Part shown: positions 1-13,200 of the stretch, piece by piece
How the letters are laid out: each line of letters begins with the position of its first letter
Numbering within the stretch: the stretch's first letter is position 1
Assembly: GCA_903813345.2 (NCBI GenBank)
Contig: CAIIXF020000001.1
Span: forward strand, 24,118,001 to 24,182,000
DNA length: 64,000 bases
Direction: 5' to 3'
Source of the DNA: Owenia fusiformis
Taxonomy: Eukaryota
The notes under the pieces: model-generated
What the model saw: the letters and a program-made list of their open reading frames with translations, nothing else
The model's database searches: none
What the model was told of the DNA's origin: nothing
Program-made: the position numbers and the translations under genes

Positions 1-203
1 AAACTTAAAGATGACAATCATTTTGATAGGGCCTATCTGTTGGACTAAGTTAAGCAATAGAGCCCTTAAGAATATTTGAGAATGAATAAAAGTATCCTAA
101 TTAGATCAAACATCTAATTCAAAACAATGAACAATTAAAATAGAAAAACACAAAAATACAATAATAAAGAAGTTCATCACAACAACAAAGGAAGAAAGTT
201 TGC

Positions 204-293
204 CTTTTTGCTTCCTGCAAGTGATATTCTTGGATACAGGAATCCTCTGTGGCGATTTGGGAGGGAGGCCAGTAGGTTCTCCTAGTTTAAACA
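204..293 (-). CDS. Candidate CLASP cassette exon with GC donor: VFKLGEPTGLPPKSPQRIPVSKNITCRKQK, 90 nt, phase 1-1
   Basis: ctgatttgtccag acceptor and open frame in the CLASP phase. The donor would be the non-canonical AAG/gcaaac. Confidence 0.3.
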
Positions 294-590
294 CTGGACA
301 AATCAGTGAAGGAACAATCAATGGAAGAATAATAAATGTTTAATTCAGTATAATTCATAATCTAGTCGATATAAATTAACAAATACCAAAATCAAAATAT
401 AAATATGCTGAATCTAGAAATTGAACCAAAGATACATGTCACTGTGGTTGTGAACTACATGTACAACTGATAAAAAGGTTATAATTGCCATTGTTGAAGT
501 AGAGAAATATAGAATAAATAAGAAATAAGATCTACATTCATGTGACTCCTACAGTAGCTGTTAAATCTGCTTAACATGCATCTACATATA

Positions 591-659
591 CAGGGTGTCC
601 ATTATATAACCACTCTCCCTTAAGAGTGGGAAGAGGGTGCTTTTATAAAGGACAACCTG
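591..659. mobile_element. 69-bp MITE remnant, Tc1/mariner type
   Basis: TA-CAGGGTGTCCATTATA ... TATAAAGGACAACCTG-TA (14/16 inverted match). Confidence 0.6.
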
Positions 660-1132
660 TATTTATAAAACATCACATCATTGTGTTTATCGATACTAAC
701 CCAGATCTCTCAGATGACCTTGTATTCAAGTCCAAAAATAATTTTGACATAAATTGTATAACAAATGTCCCATCTGGGATAATTACATCACCAAGGAATT
801 AAGGATAAAAGAGAAGTGATTGTCGAGAGAAATTACGCTGAAAAAACAATGAAATCAATTGGGATCACTACCAAATCATAATATCATATCATAATATCCA
901 TGGTTACAACAAATGTTTTAGGATTTAAGAAATCATGTTTTTCTGGTAATGACCCTCGAGTAATTTCTCTTGAAAACATATGTTTATCTCTTAATTGCCA
1001 CTATAGTATGCTTCTTCTTCCAATGAGTATTTTTGGCCTAGCAAGGTCATATGACACTGAGGTATCTAAGGAAGTACTCTACAGAGAGATCAAAATAGTG
1101 AAGTATATAGTGTGTGATACATGAGAGTTTAC

Positions 1133-1186
1133 CTTCATGAGATTTAGTTCGTCTTCTGAATGAAGTCGTCTTTGCAAGTGATGACA
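1133..1186 (-). CDS. Candidate CLASP cassette exon: SSLAKTTSFRRRTKSHE, 54 nt, phase 1-1
   Basis: ctgattttgtttag acceptor and AAG/gtaaac donor; open in the CLASP frame. Confidence 0.5.
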
Positions 1187-2933
1187 CTAAACAAAATCAG
1201 TTAGGATAAGAAATTGTAATAAAAAAGTTATCTTTTTGTATATTTTGAATCATGATTCATGATACAAGCAAGGATGAATGAAACAAACAAAAAAAAGTAT
1301 GACATGAAAAACCTTGAGAAATATCTACAGCAAACATCGCTCTCGGCAACATCAGAATCTTATCTCCAATCAAGATTTTTTATTACAAGACATCCTTTTT
1401 TATCAAAAATCCTTTTTGTCAAAGGTCACAACATGTGAAATAGAATTCAGATTCTGATTAAAACTACTAATCCAACAACCGATATCTTAAAAATGCTAAG
1501 AGAAAAAAACTTAAATGACTGTTTTGCGTAATTAACCTGAGGGCCTGATATGGTATTTAGTTATATTAGGATTTATGGTAGATGTTTGGACAATATGTGC
1601 TAACAAAAGAAGGACTCTAAAGATGCAAGAGGGTGTTGGCCTGTGATTGGCATCTATGTTAACGATATGTTAGCCTCGGGTAGAATTCGGACAAAAACAA
1701 ATACATTACTCACGGACTTCACATCAATTGACAATAACATTGCTTTTCATAGCCTTTTTTCACAAAATTATTCCTAAGTATTCAAGTTTATGGATGTGTT
1801 GATGTTAGAGTGCTGTTTCAATGACAAAGTTGGTGATATAGATGCCAAAACCGCCAAAGGCTTCAAAAATGGTGCCAAAACGGGCACTTTATAACAATTA
1901 TTTAAACTCAATGAAGCAGGTGGATTAGCACATGGTACATAGTTACATATTGAATAGACCATTTTGTGTTCATTTGATACAGTCATATCCTTAAGATAAA
2001 AAGTTGATTCTGAACTTTTAAGCTTATAACATGGTCAACAAACTGTGGAGGCAAACCATTGCCAATACACCCCTGGGAGTAAAGACCTGTGTTATTAAAT
2101 GTCCCATATATAGTTAACATATAGAGTCATGAATCTATTGAACTATATGCTAAACCATACAAATTCAAGTTCAAATTGAACAGAAAATGAGAGTTATAAA
2201 TAGGTATACAATTTCGTTTAAATTGGTTTTCAAAAGATTGACAATATCCTGCCGTGTCTATGGCTTATGAAAAGATGTCCGCCATACCTCAAAAAATCAG
2301 ATAAAATCTCAATATTTATCATCAAGTTATATTTTCGTGTCAGATTAAAATTGCTGTCAAACTTTGAACAAAAACAAATTAAATATTTATTCAAAATGTT
2401 GATTATATTCTAAATTAGTGCAGACACATTAATGTTCTACTACCTGATATTTTACGTATTTCACAAAAAAATAAACGAAACTTCTCAGGACACTTTGATC
2501 TTATGGGTGACATATGCTTGATATATACATTGAAGATGGGTGGAGCTCAAATATACATCAGATATATATAGTTAAGATTTTGTTAAGCTGACACCAAACT
2601 GAACACTTAAATCTAAGAAATAAAAGAAAATGAAGGAGGTATTGACTTGAGTGATTATAGTAATCAAAAGTCCTCAATGATATTAGATGAGCCTCAAGAT
2701 TTTCTCATAGATTCTCAAGTAGACACTTACCTTATAATAAATTACATAAACAAATTATTTTATGAATAGCCTGGTTACTGAACTCATCATAAATAGTTGA
2801 AAACCTTAGAATTAAGTTAAAAGACATCAAAATCTGTATTAAATAACACAATCACACATCTGTGATGATAAATTCACAATAAGGATAGCCTGATAGTGTG
2901 TTATGTTATATATTCACTCAGGCCATCACTTAC

Positions 2934-3044
2934 AAACTTTGCTTATGCCAAATGTATTAGTCCATTGTGGTCTTGAGGAGTGAATGGGGGACTGGTTCTG
3001 GAGGACAGCCCCAAATGAACGGGAGCGTGGAGATGATTGAATAC
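2934..3044 (-). CDS. Candidate CLASP cassette exon: GIQSSPRSRSFGAVLQNQSPIHSSRPQWTNTFGISKV, 111 nt, phase 1-1
   Basis: tgtattgtcgcag acceptor and gtaagt donor; open in the CLASP frame; GC-richer than the flanks. Confidence 0.6.
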
Positions 3045-4182
3045 CTGCGACAATACATGCTCTATTACTACAACATATTGGGGCACAAACACACAGGGGA
3101 CAAACACAATATCAAAACTAAAATTTAACAAGGTTTAACTTTACCATTTGTATTTAAAGAATATGGGCATATAACTAAATATTGAACTTATTGGGGATAA
3201 TATTTCTATTTTTCAGTTTTAAGGATACAAAGGTCACCTTTTATTATTAAGAAATTATCATTACTATTAACTTATTCATGGTGCAAAATCTATTTGAAGC
3301 TAATCCAATGGAATAATAAGGCACCCTTTATAATGACAAATAATTCACTTTATTACACAATTTGACAAGGAAATATTAAAATAGTTTTGGAAAAGAAATG
3401 TTCAGTTTCCTACACATGGAAATCACAATTAGGCATCAATGTAAGGGGATATTCTCTGGGTCTGGAACAGGCCAAAAAACTAATTAGTTTAACCAAGAAT
3501 ATGTGTTGATGCCTATACTGATCTCAGTGCAGTATATGGAGGTAGAAAACCATATGCTACACCTTATAACATAAAAACAGAAGCCATGAGGTAAAACTTG
3601 ACCATGTCAAAATGTGAAGTATAATATGTGAGTATAATATGTTGGAGTATTCTTGATTGTGAAACCAGGAAATCTCAACACAGGGAGCTGTCAAACTGAA
3701 CAATATAAGCTCAATAAATTATTTCAACAGATTATTAATATTGGCTGATCTGACCTTAAACATGATTGAAGAATTCACCTGAATTTCAGCAACCCTGATC
3801 ACCCTTAATTGACTTATGTTCTCTTTATAGAGATTAATTACATCACTTAAGGTAATCCCTTCATTAAGACAAGGTCGTTCAGATTTGTAATTTACTTATT
3901 TTTGTATCATATTTTCAACTTTGATAACAGATAATACATGTAAAGCAGCCGACATAAATTGCTTAATTAGACCGGGAAAATATAATCAGCCACACCCTGT
4001 AATACTTCAAAATTATTACCAAGATTGAAAAGGATGAACTTATAGTCTATTCTGGAGTTTTGTATTTTAGGGTCAGAAATAAGCACTGGGGCCCTTTAAG
4101 AACAAAACTCAGAAGATACACTTGTAAGTATATGTACAGGTAAATTCTATCTGAGGAGGAGAGATTTATATCAGTGACTTAC

Positions 4183-4299
4183 CTGAGCCTGAAGACCGAC
4201 TGGTAGGCATCATGCTCTTACGTCCTGTGCTAGCCATCATCTTTTTTGGTGCCGCCCCATGGGGTTTGGCGAAATCTGTGTCATCATTTCCCCATAATG
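4183..4299 (-). CDS. CLASP1: CLASP TOG1-TOG2 linker exon: LWGNDDTDFAKPHGAAPKKMMASTGRKSMMPTSRSSGS, 117 nt, phase 1-1
   Basis: tgtatttgcag / gtaagt boundaries, open frame and a local GC rise. Position and composition (DD.D followed by Ser/basic residues) correspond to the CLASP linker exon. Confidence 0.8.
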
Positions 4300-7200
4300 C
4301 TGCAAATACAAAATATCAAATATGTTAAAAACAAATAAAAATGTTGTATTGCTGAAATATGTTTCCATCTCAACTGGGTGAGAAATTCTAATATTATCAA
4401 TTGTGCTAATGTCTGTATAAAATGGGTCAAAATATATATATATTTAATTTCATTACTCAATTGATTCTCAACTGAGAGCAATTAAATTTCAACTGTTAAA
4501 GGTAATTTTCAAATTCCCATTAAGGTGTAGCTACCAGATATTTCAATGTTGATGATATCACCATATCAAGTAGAATGACCAAGTTATTGAATATAAGGAC
4601 TAAGGAGGAGGAAGATGATAACTCAAAAATGTTGTCTACAACCTTTTTATCACACAAATATTTAAAACTACATATACAAGTTAAAAGGTTGCTTTAAATG
4701 TTAGAATAATACCTCATACAATTTAAAAATCAATTAAATTTGGTTGAGTTGATTAAAAGTACAGACATGTTCAAATATTTAAGTCTTAAATCAGGGTTAA
4801 AACTATTTTGAAGTGTGGCATTTTTGACAGAATGTGATTAACATCATTTTTTGCCTTTGATGCTGTTATTGTTAGTTTAAAAATTCAGTACTTGATCACA
4901 AGTGAGTTATAACCCCAGTTCTCAATGTACATTCATGATGAGATTTATCGAGTTTACATCTGCTGGAACTTGAACTTGAAACTGATGTTATATTACATTC
5001 TACCTAAGTCTATGATATTTATGAATAAATAAAGAAATGTAGTTCTTCCAAGTACATGTATTGTTGTTTTCTGCATATCAGAAATTCTTTTTGCACCCAC
5101 TTGAAAATGAAAAAAATATCATGAAAAATTGGTATACCTCAACCAAATTTTGTTAGAATTGTGAGAAAGAGAATTTTGCACCTGGTACCTATTAGAGAAA
5201 AAAACAAGTGAAATACTGAATCATTTGTAAATAAGAGGTTATATCTGGATATCTGGATAATTTGATATCAGCAGGATAAATCTAATACCACAGTCTGTAT
5301 GTGATGTTTAGACTGCAATATAACTTTGGGAATGCTTAACAGTATAGTAAGTACACATCCATCATTTTTCTGGTTAGGTTAAGTTACACCAGCTGCTTTC
5401 ATGATAAATCTGTTCAAAAATATACCAATTATACCAATTAGAACAGACAGAAATAAAACAACAAGGATGCACCCTGGGTGTACTCCAAAAATAAAATCAA
5501 AAATAAACATTTTTGAAACCTATATCCACTGGCTCATGAAACAATATAAAAAGAATTCAAATGATTGAACACACAAGATATGATATAAAGCTTGTCAGTT
5601 GACCTAGAAAGAATCTAGCTTACGCATACCTGTATTATTAAATAGAATTCAAGGTGTTCTTTATATTTATAGTAAACCTATCATTTATCCATGGCTAGCT
5701 TGTCACTGTCTATAGAGGAACAATCATTAGCATAAAAATACCTGGATAAAAAATGAAGACCCAGAAAAAACCGATGACTTGTGGGCAAAAATATACTTTT
5801 CACACAGAAGAAGCTGTTGCAATAAGATTTTATGTATTTTGAAGGAGTGTAAAGTTCAGCTACCTTATGACAGGCTATGGTTAAGTGCTGAAATATGTTG
5901 TCCTTTGAAACATAAACAATCTCAACAAAAATCTAAATATCATGTTAATAAATAATCACCAAATGGTCCAAAACCATCATGTCTATAAAACATATATTTC
6001 ATTCCCTTCAAATCTTCTTATCCTCACTTATCTAAATGAGAATCTAAAACTGAAATGAGCAAACTGAAACATTAAAAAAGATATAATAAATTTAATGTTC
6101 ATGTAAAACAAGATAAGATCATTTCCTCATTGCAATTAAAAGTGTTTCTATTTTTTAGTTCAATATCCAAGTTGATGTTTACCTTTGATCTCTTGACTGA
6201 CCATCAACTATTGATGTCCATGTATGTTTATATCCTTAAAACTGAAACATTCATAGTGCATCAACATGAGATACACTTGGTATATGTGAGTATCTAATAT
6301 GCCAGCTCATCCTCTGATGAAGAACAAAAACGTTGTATATGAGAAAAACTTGGAGCAAATCAGTAGACAAGAGACTCTACTGTATGAAACAAACCCTCAA
6401 GAAATGGCTCAGATTCTATATATTTATATAAGCAATGGTCATGTTTCCTCATAGCTGTGCCTGAGACTAACTGGGGTAACATACAGCCACAGATGACAAT
6501 TGTTACACATTGAAGGAAGCCTGTCCTCAACACCTGACATATATACATCTTTAAGTTAGATACCATAGAGCATCCCCGTTTCAATAGACTGATTTCACCT
6601 AAAAGAGAGCTTCACCTACAATACTAGCCTTTGGGCCCCAGGGAACAGAAAACAATGATTTACATGTGCCAATAACAACCTCAAAACATGAGTAAATGTC
6701 AACATAGTCTAACACCCTTCTCTGCAATTTTGAAAATCAAGAAATACTGATGATTGTAGTACATGAATACACTGCCATTTCATACTATGTAGGTTTGGTT
6801 TACAAGTTGTAAAAAACCAATCAATTTTATTCTGTCAAACAGAAGTTCTGTATCTTTTCTTGTTTTCATTCCCGAGATATATTTAGCAGACATACACAAG
6901 GAAGTGTTGAGGTAGGTCTGGGTGAACTTAACATGTGTTTTTTACAGTTTCACATTCCATCAACATAAGAAATCTAAACTTCCATGAGTTGAGATTTCAA
7001 GTTATCTTGGCTTTCCATATATTAGATTGATAACAGTTCAGTGTAAAGTACAGTGTACTTTGATTTTGGGTTTTGGTATGTTTTAAGTTCATGTGCAATT
7101 CTTGCAAACATTCCAAGATCTTCTCACTTGCAACTGGTTTCAGTTTGGAAAAGGAAGGCAAACATGGCCATGCAGATAAAGACATGATTGAAAACCATAA

Positions 7201-10200
7201 CAAAACTAAGGTCAGAAAATAACGGGGGAAATATGCAACATTTAGACTAAAATAAGTCTAGTTTGTAAGACTAAAAGGCAACATATTTTACTCCAATGTC
7301 CAAGATGTATCTAATCAAAAGTCTAACCACTAGTAAAGGTAATATGGTCAGCTGTCATTGTTTCTCACTATTGGCATTCCTTATGGTCCTCAATGACCAG
7401 ATAAGCTCACTGCCACACTCTTACATCAAACAATATAACTTCAGGATCTGAAGACTATTCAAACATTTACCTGCTATATAAATGAAGTATATATGCAAGA
7501 CAAATAACTCGTAATAGGCCACAATGGTAGTTCTTAGAACATTTACAAAACAATCAAAGTTCAAGTTATCATGGTCAAGTAGATCTTCAAGAAGCTAAAA
7601 ATATTATCTTTGATAACCTTATAACAGTAGAAAATCATGAACCCGGCACAAGGAAATAATTTTGAAAGTGAAACACACCTAGGGAAACTTTACACACAAT
7701 CCCACCTAACAAGGATAAAGGAGAATATGTGCCAAGACAGAGTGAATTATCACCACTCACATCAAACATTTGGTTTCTAGTTTCTATTCCTTAGTTATAA
7801 CATGTAGAAGGGAGGAGTACCCAGATTGTATGTGTATTTTCCTACCCGTATCCAAAACACAAAACAAAATCAAATGTTGATATTTAGTACATTGTGAAAA
7901 GAAACAAATAGTTTGTTACATTAAGAAGGTCTATCACCTGCACAACCAAAGTTTATGACAGAATAAAGATCAAGAGAAATGGAAAAATAGTTTAATGCCC
8001 ACTTGACTTTTTTGAGGAAGGAAGTCTGTATGCTTTTATAAAAAAACATGTTTTATACATATATGTAACATTGAACCCCTTACACATTGTTTCTTAAATA
8101 TATATTTACCATTCAATACTTTTAATACAGTGATATGAACTTAAGACCAGATGGCTGATAGGTGGAGATATTGAGTAATGAACTATTTGTAAAGATAACC
8201 CCATATGTGAAATCAGTTAATTATAATTATCATTGCCCAGAGTGCTAATCATTTACATACCTCAATATACATACATATATATGTATTAACATTGGCATAC
8301 AACATGTATATCTGACTATAACTATAATTGATTTTGATCATCTCATATTATTAGATTGAACAGAATATCATCATCCCATTAATATAAAGCTCTTATAATA
8401 CATCAATTAACTGAACAAAAAAGACCCTGTTCGTGATTAAACAATAAAATATATGTAAACAATATGTATGTTTCAATTTAATCAATAAATATTCTATCAA
8501 ATTGATTCAATAAATCATGCCCAAGAGCTAAACTGTGACAAGTATAAACCCATCTTCACAAACTAATATAACATAAACCACATGTACTTTTACATCTTTC
8601 TCAACTAAAACCCAAAGAAATCATCTTCCTACAAGCACTAAAACCAATAGACAATCAGAAAACTAGTCTAGCTACAAGCTCTTGCGACCCCCTCTCCAAT
8701 ACTTGACTCCGCACCTTCTTGCATACAAGAGCGGGTAAAGAAAACAGGGGGTGGGGGTACAGAGTATTGAAGAAGACTATAGGAAAACAAACCAGTGTTT
8801 AGGTACATGTACTTCAAAGAGGGCTATATGAGGGTCAGGATATGTTGTGGAGATTGTTGATTAGATGTATTCAAGGTATAGCAGCAGATCCTCACTCAGG
8901 TTGTTTATCTTCATTAGGACCATCATCACTATTCAATCAATCCTTCTTCATTTATCTTATTCTAAGATTCCAAATCAAGATTATATTTTATCAAAGCCTG
9001 TGAAAACATTACATGTTAATAAGACCCAAATGTGAGGTAAGGACAGAAAAGGAGGTCTGGGAACCAGAATGCATCATCACTTCTTTCTAAAGACTTGGCA
9101 GGCAACATGGGATCCCTTAGAAGTGAAGAACTGTGGGATGAGCTACCATGCTATTAGTTAAGGACATTTGAGTGACATTATTTCATGTTTAGCCAGAAGG
9201 TAAGAAAAGATAAATCGTGTCACAACCATCTAATAAGTTACAGCTCTACCAGGCATTTGTTGATTTTTTTATGAATTTGCTTAAGTAAACAACATCAAAG
9301 ATCTGGTCAAAAGAAAAGTATCCAAACTAGACAGTTTTAATAACAACCTGGGGACAATCTTTACATTTGGGATATTTAGCAATAACATAATTATTAACCT
9401 CAGATGATATCATGATTCAAATCAAGATTTTTTTCTGACTCTCACAATGTAAGGACAAATTATGAGCATATATAAATGGTCTATTTCACACTTTCAAATG
9501 TTTAACTGATCTTTATAGATACTAAAATTGGCAGCTCAAGGTAGCTAAGTATGAACCTGTACCTGTTTCTACCTGTTGATTAATGAGCCTCTAATTAGTG
9601 ATGTCATAAGCTTCAAATAGACTGTGATTAAAGGCCAAACACTAATGAAGAAATAACTAACTGGGTATTATAATATGATAAATATAAGGAGTAATATCAG
9701 TTTAATACTATAAGGTTTCAAGGTCTATCACTTTTCATGATCCTTTCTGGCTCAGTGATGGATAGAGGAAGTTGGATTAAAATATTTGAATTCATCCTTA
9801 TTTTAAAGTTCACCATTAAGTACTAACGGTCAAAACTAACCATCCCTTGTACAGGTTGAGGTTAGAGTACCCACACCCACACAAAGCTATTCAAACAAAA
9901 TTATATGACTTCTATTATCAATTATCAATCATTATATATGTCCCTACTTATCTGGAGTACTTTTATTGATGTGGAGGCAAAGGCAACGATAATAGGTGAT
10001 TTCAAGTCAGAAATGCTGGGGAAGCCAAATAATGAGAAGTTCTTTGTGAAAGTGTTATGCAAATACATACATCTGAAAGTGAAGGCAAATGCTTTGTTAC
10101 CATTTCTGTTAAAAGTTATGAAGGTCAACTTCAAACAAGTTAAATCATCAAATCTCCTTTTCAGCTTTTCTCAAGAGCAAGAACTCTAGTATAAACATAG

Positions 10201-13200
10201 CTTCTTTCACAAGTGAGGCAGGATAGATCCAACTAGATCCCTGTAGAATTTTCAGAATAACTTAGGTTATTAAAAATGTAAGCCCAGAGTCTCTCATTTT
10301 GTTCTGTTTGCTATGTGCTTAACCTTCATATTTTTCACATCTCTGAACATCTCAAGTGTTGAATATTGTGATTTCATGTTATATTTGACTGTGAATTAAG
10401 TAGTAAGATTGGAGCCATTGTAGAAGATCAGCTAGATCATATTTCAATAGCTACATGAACAAGCTCTTTCAGTACCTTGCCCTAAAACTTCTCAGGCAAC
10501 AGGAAAAATAGAAATCCAAATAGAAGCATAGGGATAAACTTAATTTGAACTCTAACTGTATTTTTGAGGAAGAAGAGAATAAACAACTGATATATTAGAA
10601 ATAAGATGCTTGTTTTTACCAAAACTTTTTTTTATATTCTCAAGTTCCAAGACCAGACTTAAGGCATGCTAAGAAAAATATATCAGTGTTTTTGATCTGC
10701 TTTATTGAGACAATGAAATGAGACTAGATTGGTATATTGAAGGTATGCATGCTTAGACAGTCAGAGATGAAGCTGATGTTTCTTCCAAACATGAAATACT
10801 AAAGATATGATAAATGTAAACGGTGACAGGTCAATATTGAACATGATGATATTACAAGTCAATGTTTCAAAACTATGGGCTAAATGTTACATAGTCACAT
10901 AATTACACAATGCGTAAAAAATGATTTCCGTTAATTATCAAATCACATGTCGCCTGGAGGTAACCAAACCTTGACAAACATCCAATGTTTCAAAAATAAG
11001 TTACCAGAAGTGACATTATCTGCCATGGGTCACATACCATTTGAAATAACAAATGATTACACAAGATTTCAACAATATGGAATTCAGTATCATTATTCAG
11101 TATCATATCACATGTTTCAAAGCATTATATGCTGTTTTCAACCATGTTAATAGATGCACTGGGATTTCTCTACAAGAGTATCTAGGTACCAATAATGACA
11201 ATGTTTTTAAGCATGTCAAAACTAACTCAAGATGACTAAAGAGTCAATCAGAGATATGCTGAACAAACTATGACAATCAACTTTGAAGTTTATCTCACCT
11301 ACTATAAATATAATATAATACTTTTAACAAACTTTGACTCCCACAGCCACTCTTACAATTTATATTCTTTGAATCAGGTAAATCCCACAAAACTACTTAA
11401 ATAATATATGATTAAGGAAGGAGCATTTGGTAATCCAACAGCAAAATTTGATTATGCTAATAATTTACACAATGACTACTCCAGATTCAGCTCCAATATT
11501 AATCTATAATCAAACTTCTATGAGCAATGTATATAAATAGTAAAATAATCGCCAATGAATCACATATTCAACATTTATCAAGCACATAACGAGCAACTGA
11601 TCAATTTGAGCTAATATATCAACTTCTATTAATGTGATAAAATATACACCACTAGGAGAAGTCGATATTACATCTTGACTGTTGTACCAAATTAAGACTA
11701 TCACTTCAACTTTCACTAAAAGAGCCCTACTCCGGTAAGTGTTAGTTGAGGTTGCTGTTTGAGCATTCAGAGTGCATGTAATCTTGTAATTTACAATATA
11801 ATGTCACCTCACACCCATATATAGTACAACTCCTGGTACATGCTAGGACAGCACTATTATGACACATGAACAAAGACATGAGAGATTTTTCAAACAGAGA
11901 AGTAAGAGCTTTATTGTGTCTCCTAAAACATAAACAGAGGTCTGGATGATGTGGGACAAAAAGGAGACGCTGCAATATCCCCTAACAAAAAATTCCAAGC
12001 ATTTATAAATACCCCTTTCTCAATAATGCCAATCACAAGATCAATCATTTTAACAATAAATAGAAAATTGACTTTTCTGGATACATCAAAACTTGTGGAT
12101 TCGAGCTTTCATTCCCTAACAAGATCACACATCAGTTTCATAACATGAAGGTTAAGGATAACAGTTCACTTACAAGAGACCTGTATATAAATCATATAAC
12201 AAAACTGTTGGAGTGTGGATGCACCATTGAGATGCATATGCCCCTGTGATCGGATCAACAGTTAAAGCAAGCTTGGGTTAATCCAAATTGTGGCTCAGGA
12301 AGTGTGCAAACATAGCCATTGTGTTTCTGTTGAAGTATTGCCAACAACACCTACTAAACTTTCTTTTGTGACAACTGTGACAAACTTGCACACTGAAGCT
12401 CAAAATATTGCATAGATTTTTACAATTTCACAAATGGGTCATTGTGTGGTATACCAAAACATGTCATTTTCATAAATTTTAAGGCCATACACAGTAGTAA
12501 ATACAATCCACAATAAAGCTCTTAATTTACTTAACTTTAAGTTAGCTTTGGTTAGTAATGTAGTCAATTAATTAAATGTACTATTGAAATTGTTTAATTA
12601 ATCAATATTGTAAAATATATACCATTGAACCAACATGCTTAATAGCATGCAGAAAACATGCAGTTTCTCACGAACACACAGAATCAAAAATTCATTCATT
12701 TTTATAATGTTTTCCCATACTTCAATTATGACACCTTCTCAATTTATTTTAATATTCAGAATTTGCACTCAATACAAAATAGCCCAGTATAAATATTTAC
12801 AAAGTGATCATGCACTAATATTCATTTTAATGAGAATATGAATGATCTAGAGAATGATTTCTGGAGATCTGTGTCGATGCACTTTCTTATTTCCACAGAG
12901 AAAGTATGAAAAGAGATGTCAGTCCTTGGCCTCTACAAATGCTCTGTCAATATTGTACTTAATCAGAACAGTTAAGACCCCCTCTGAAAAGCAATATTGA
13001 CAAAAAAGTTAACAAATTTTTAAATATTTTTAAGTTTCAAGTGACTTATTCTTAGGACTGTTCTTTTAGTGGCTTAGCTATGTATTGAAAGCTTCAAGAC
13101 CTACAGTTTCAATAGAAGGGGATTTCACATGCAAATATTTGTAAAGTTTCTACACAGGATAAATCTGACATTATGCTCAATATGAATTCACTTTTAAACT

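Noticed and set aside
6311-6340. Hammerhead-ribozyme-like CTGATGA...AAACGTT
   Set aside because: No stem II or GAAA core, and no flanking pairing.
12170-12330. Additional alternative first exon ending at a gtaagt donor (~12173)
   Set aside because: No convincing ATG-initiated frame in the required phase beyond a few codons.
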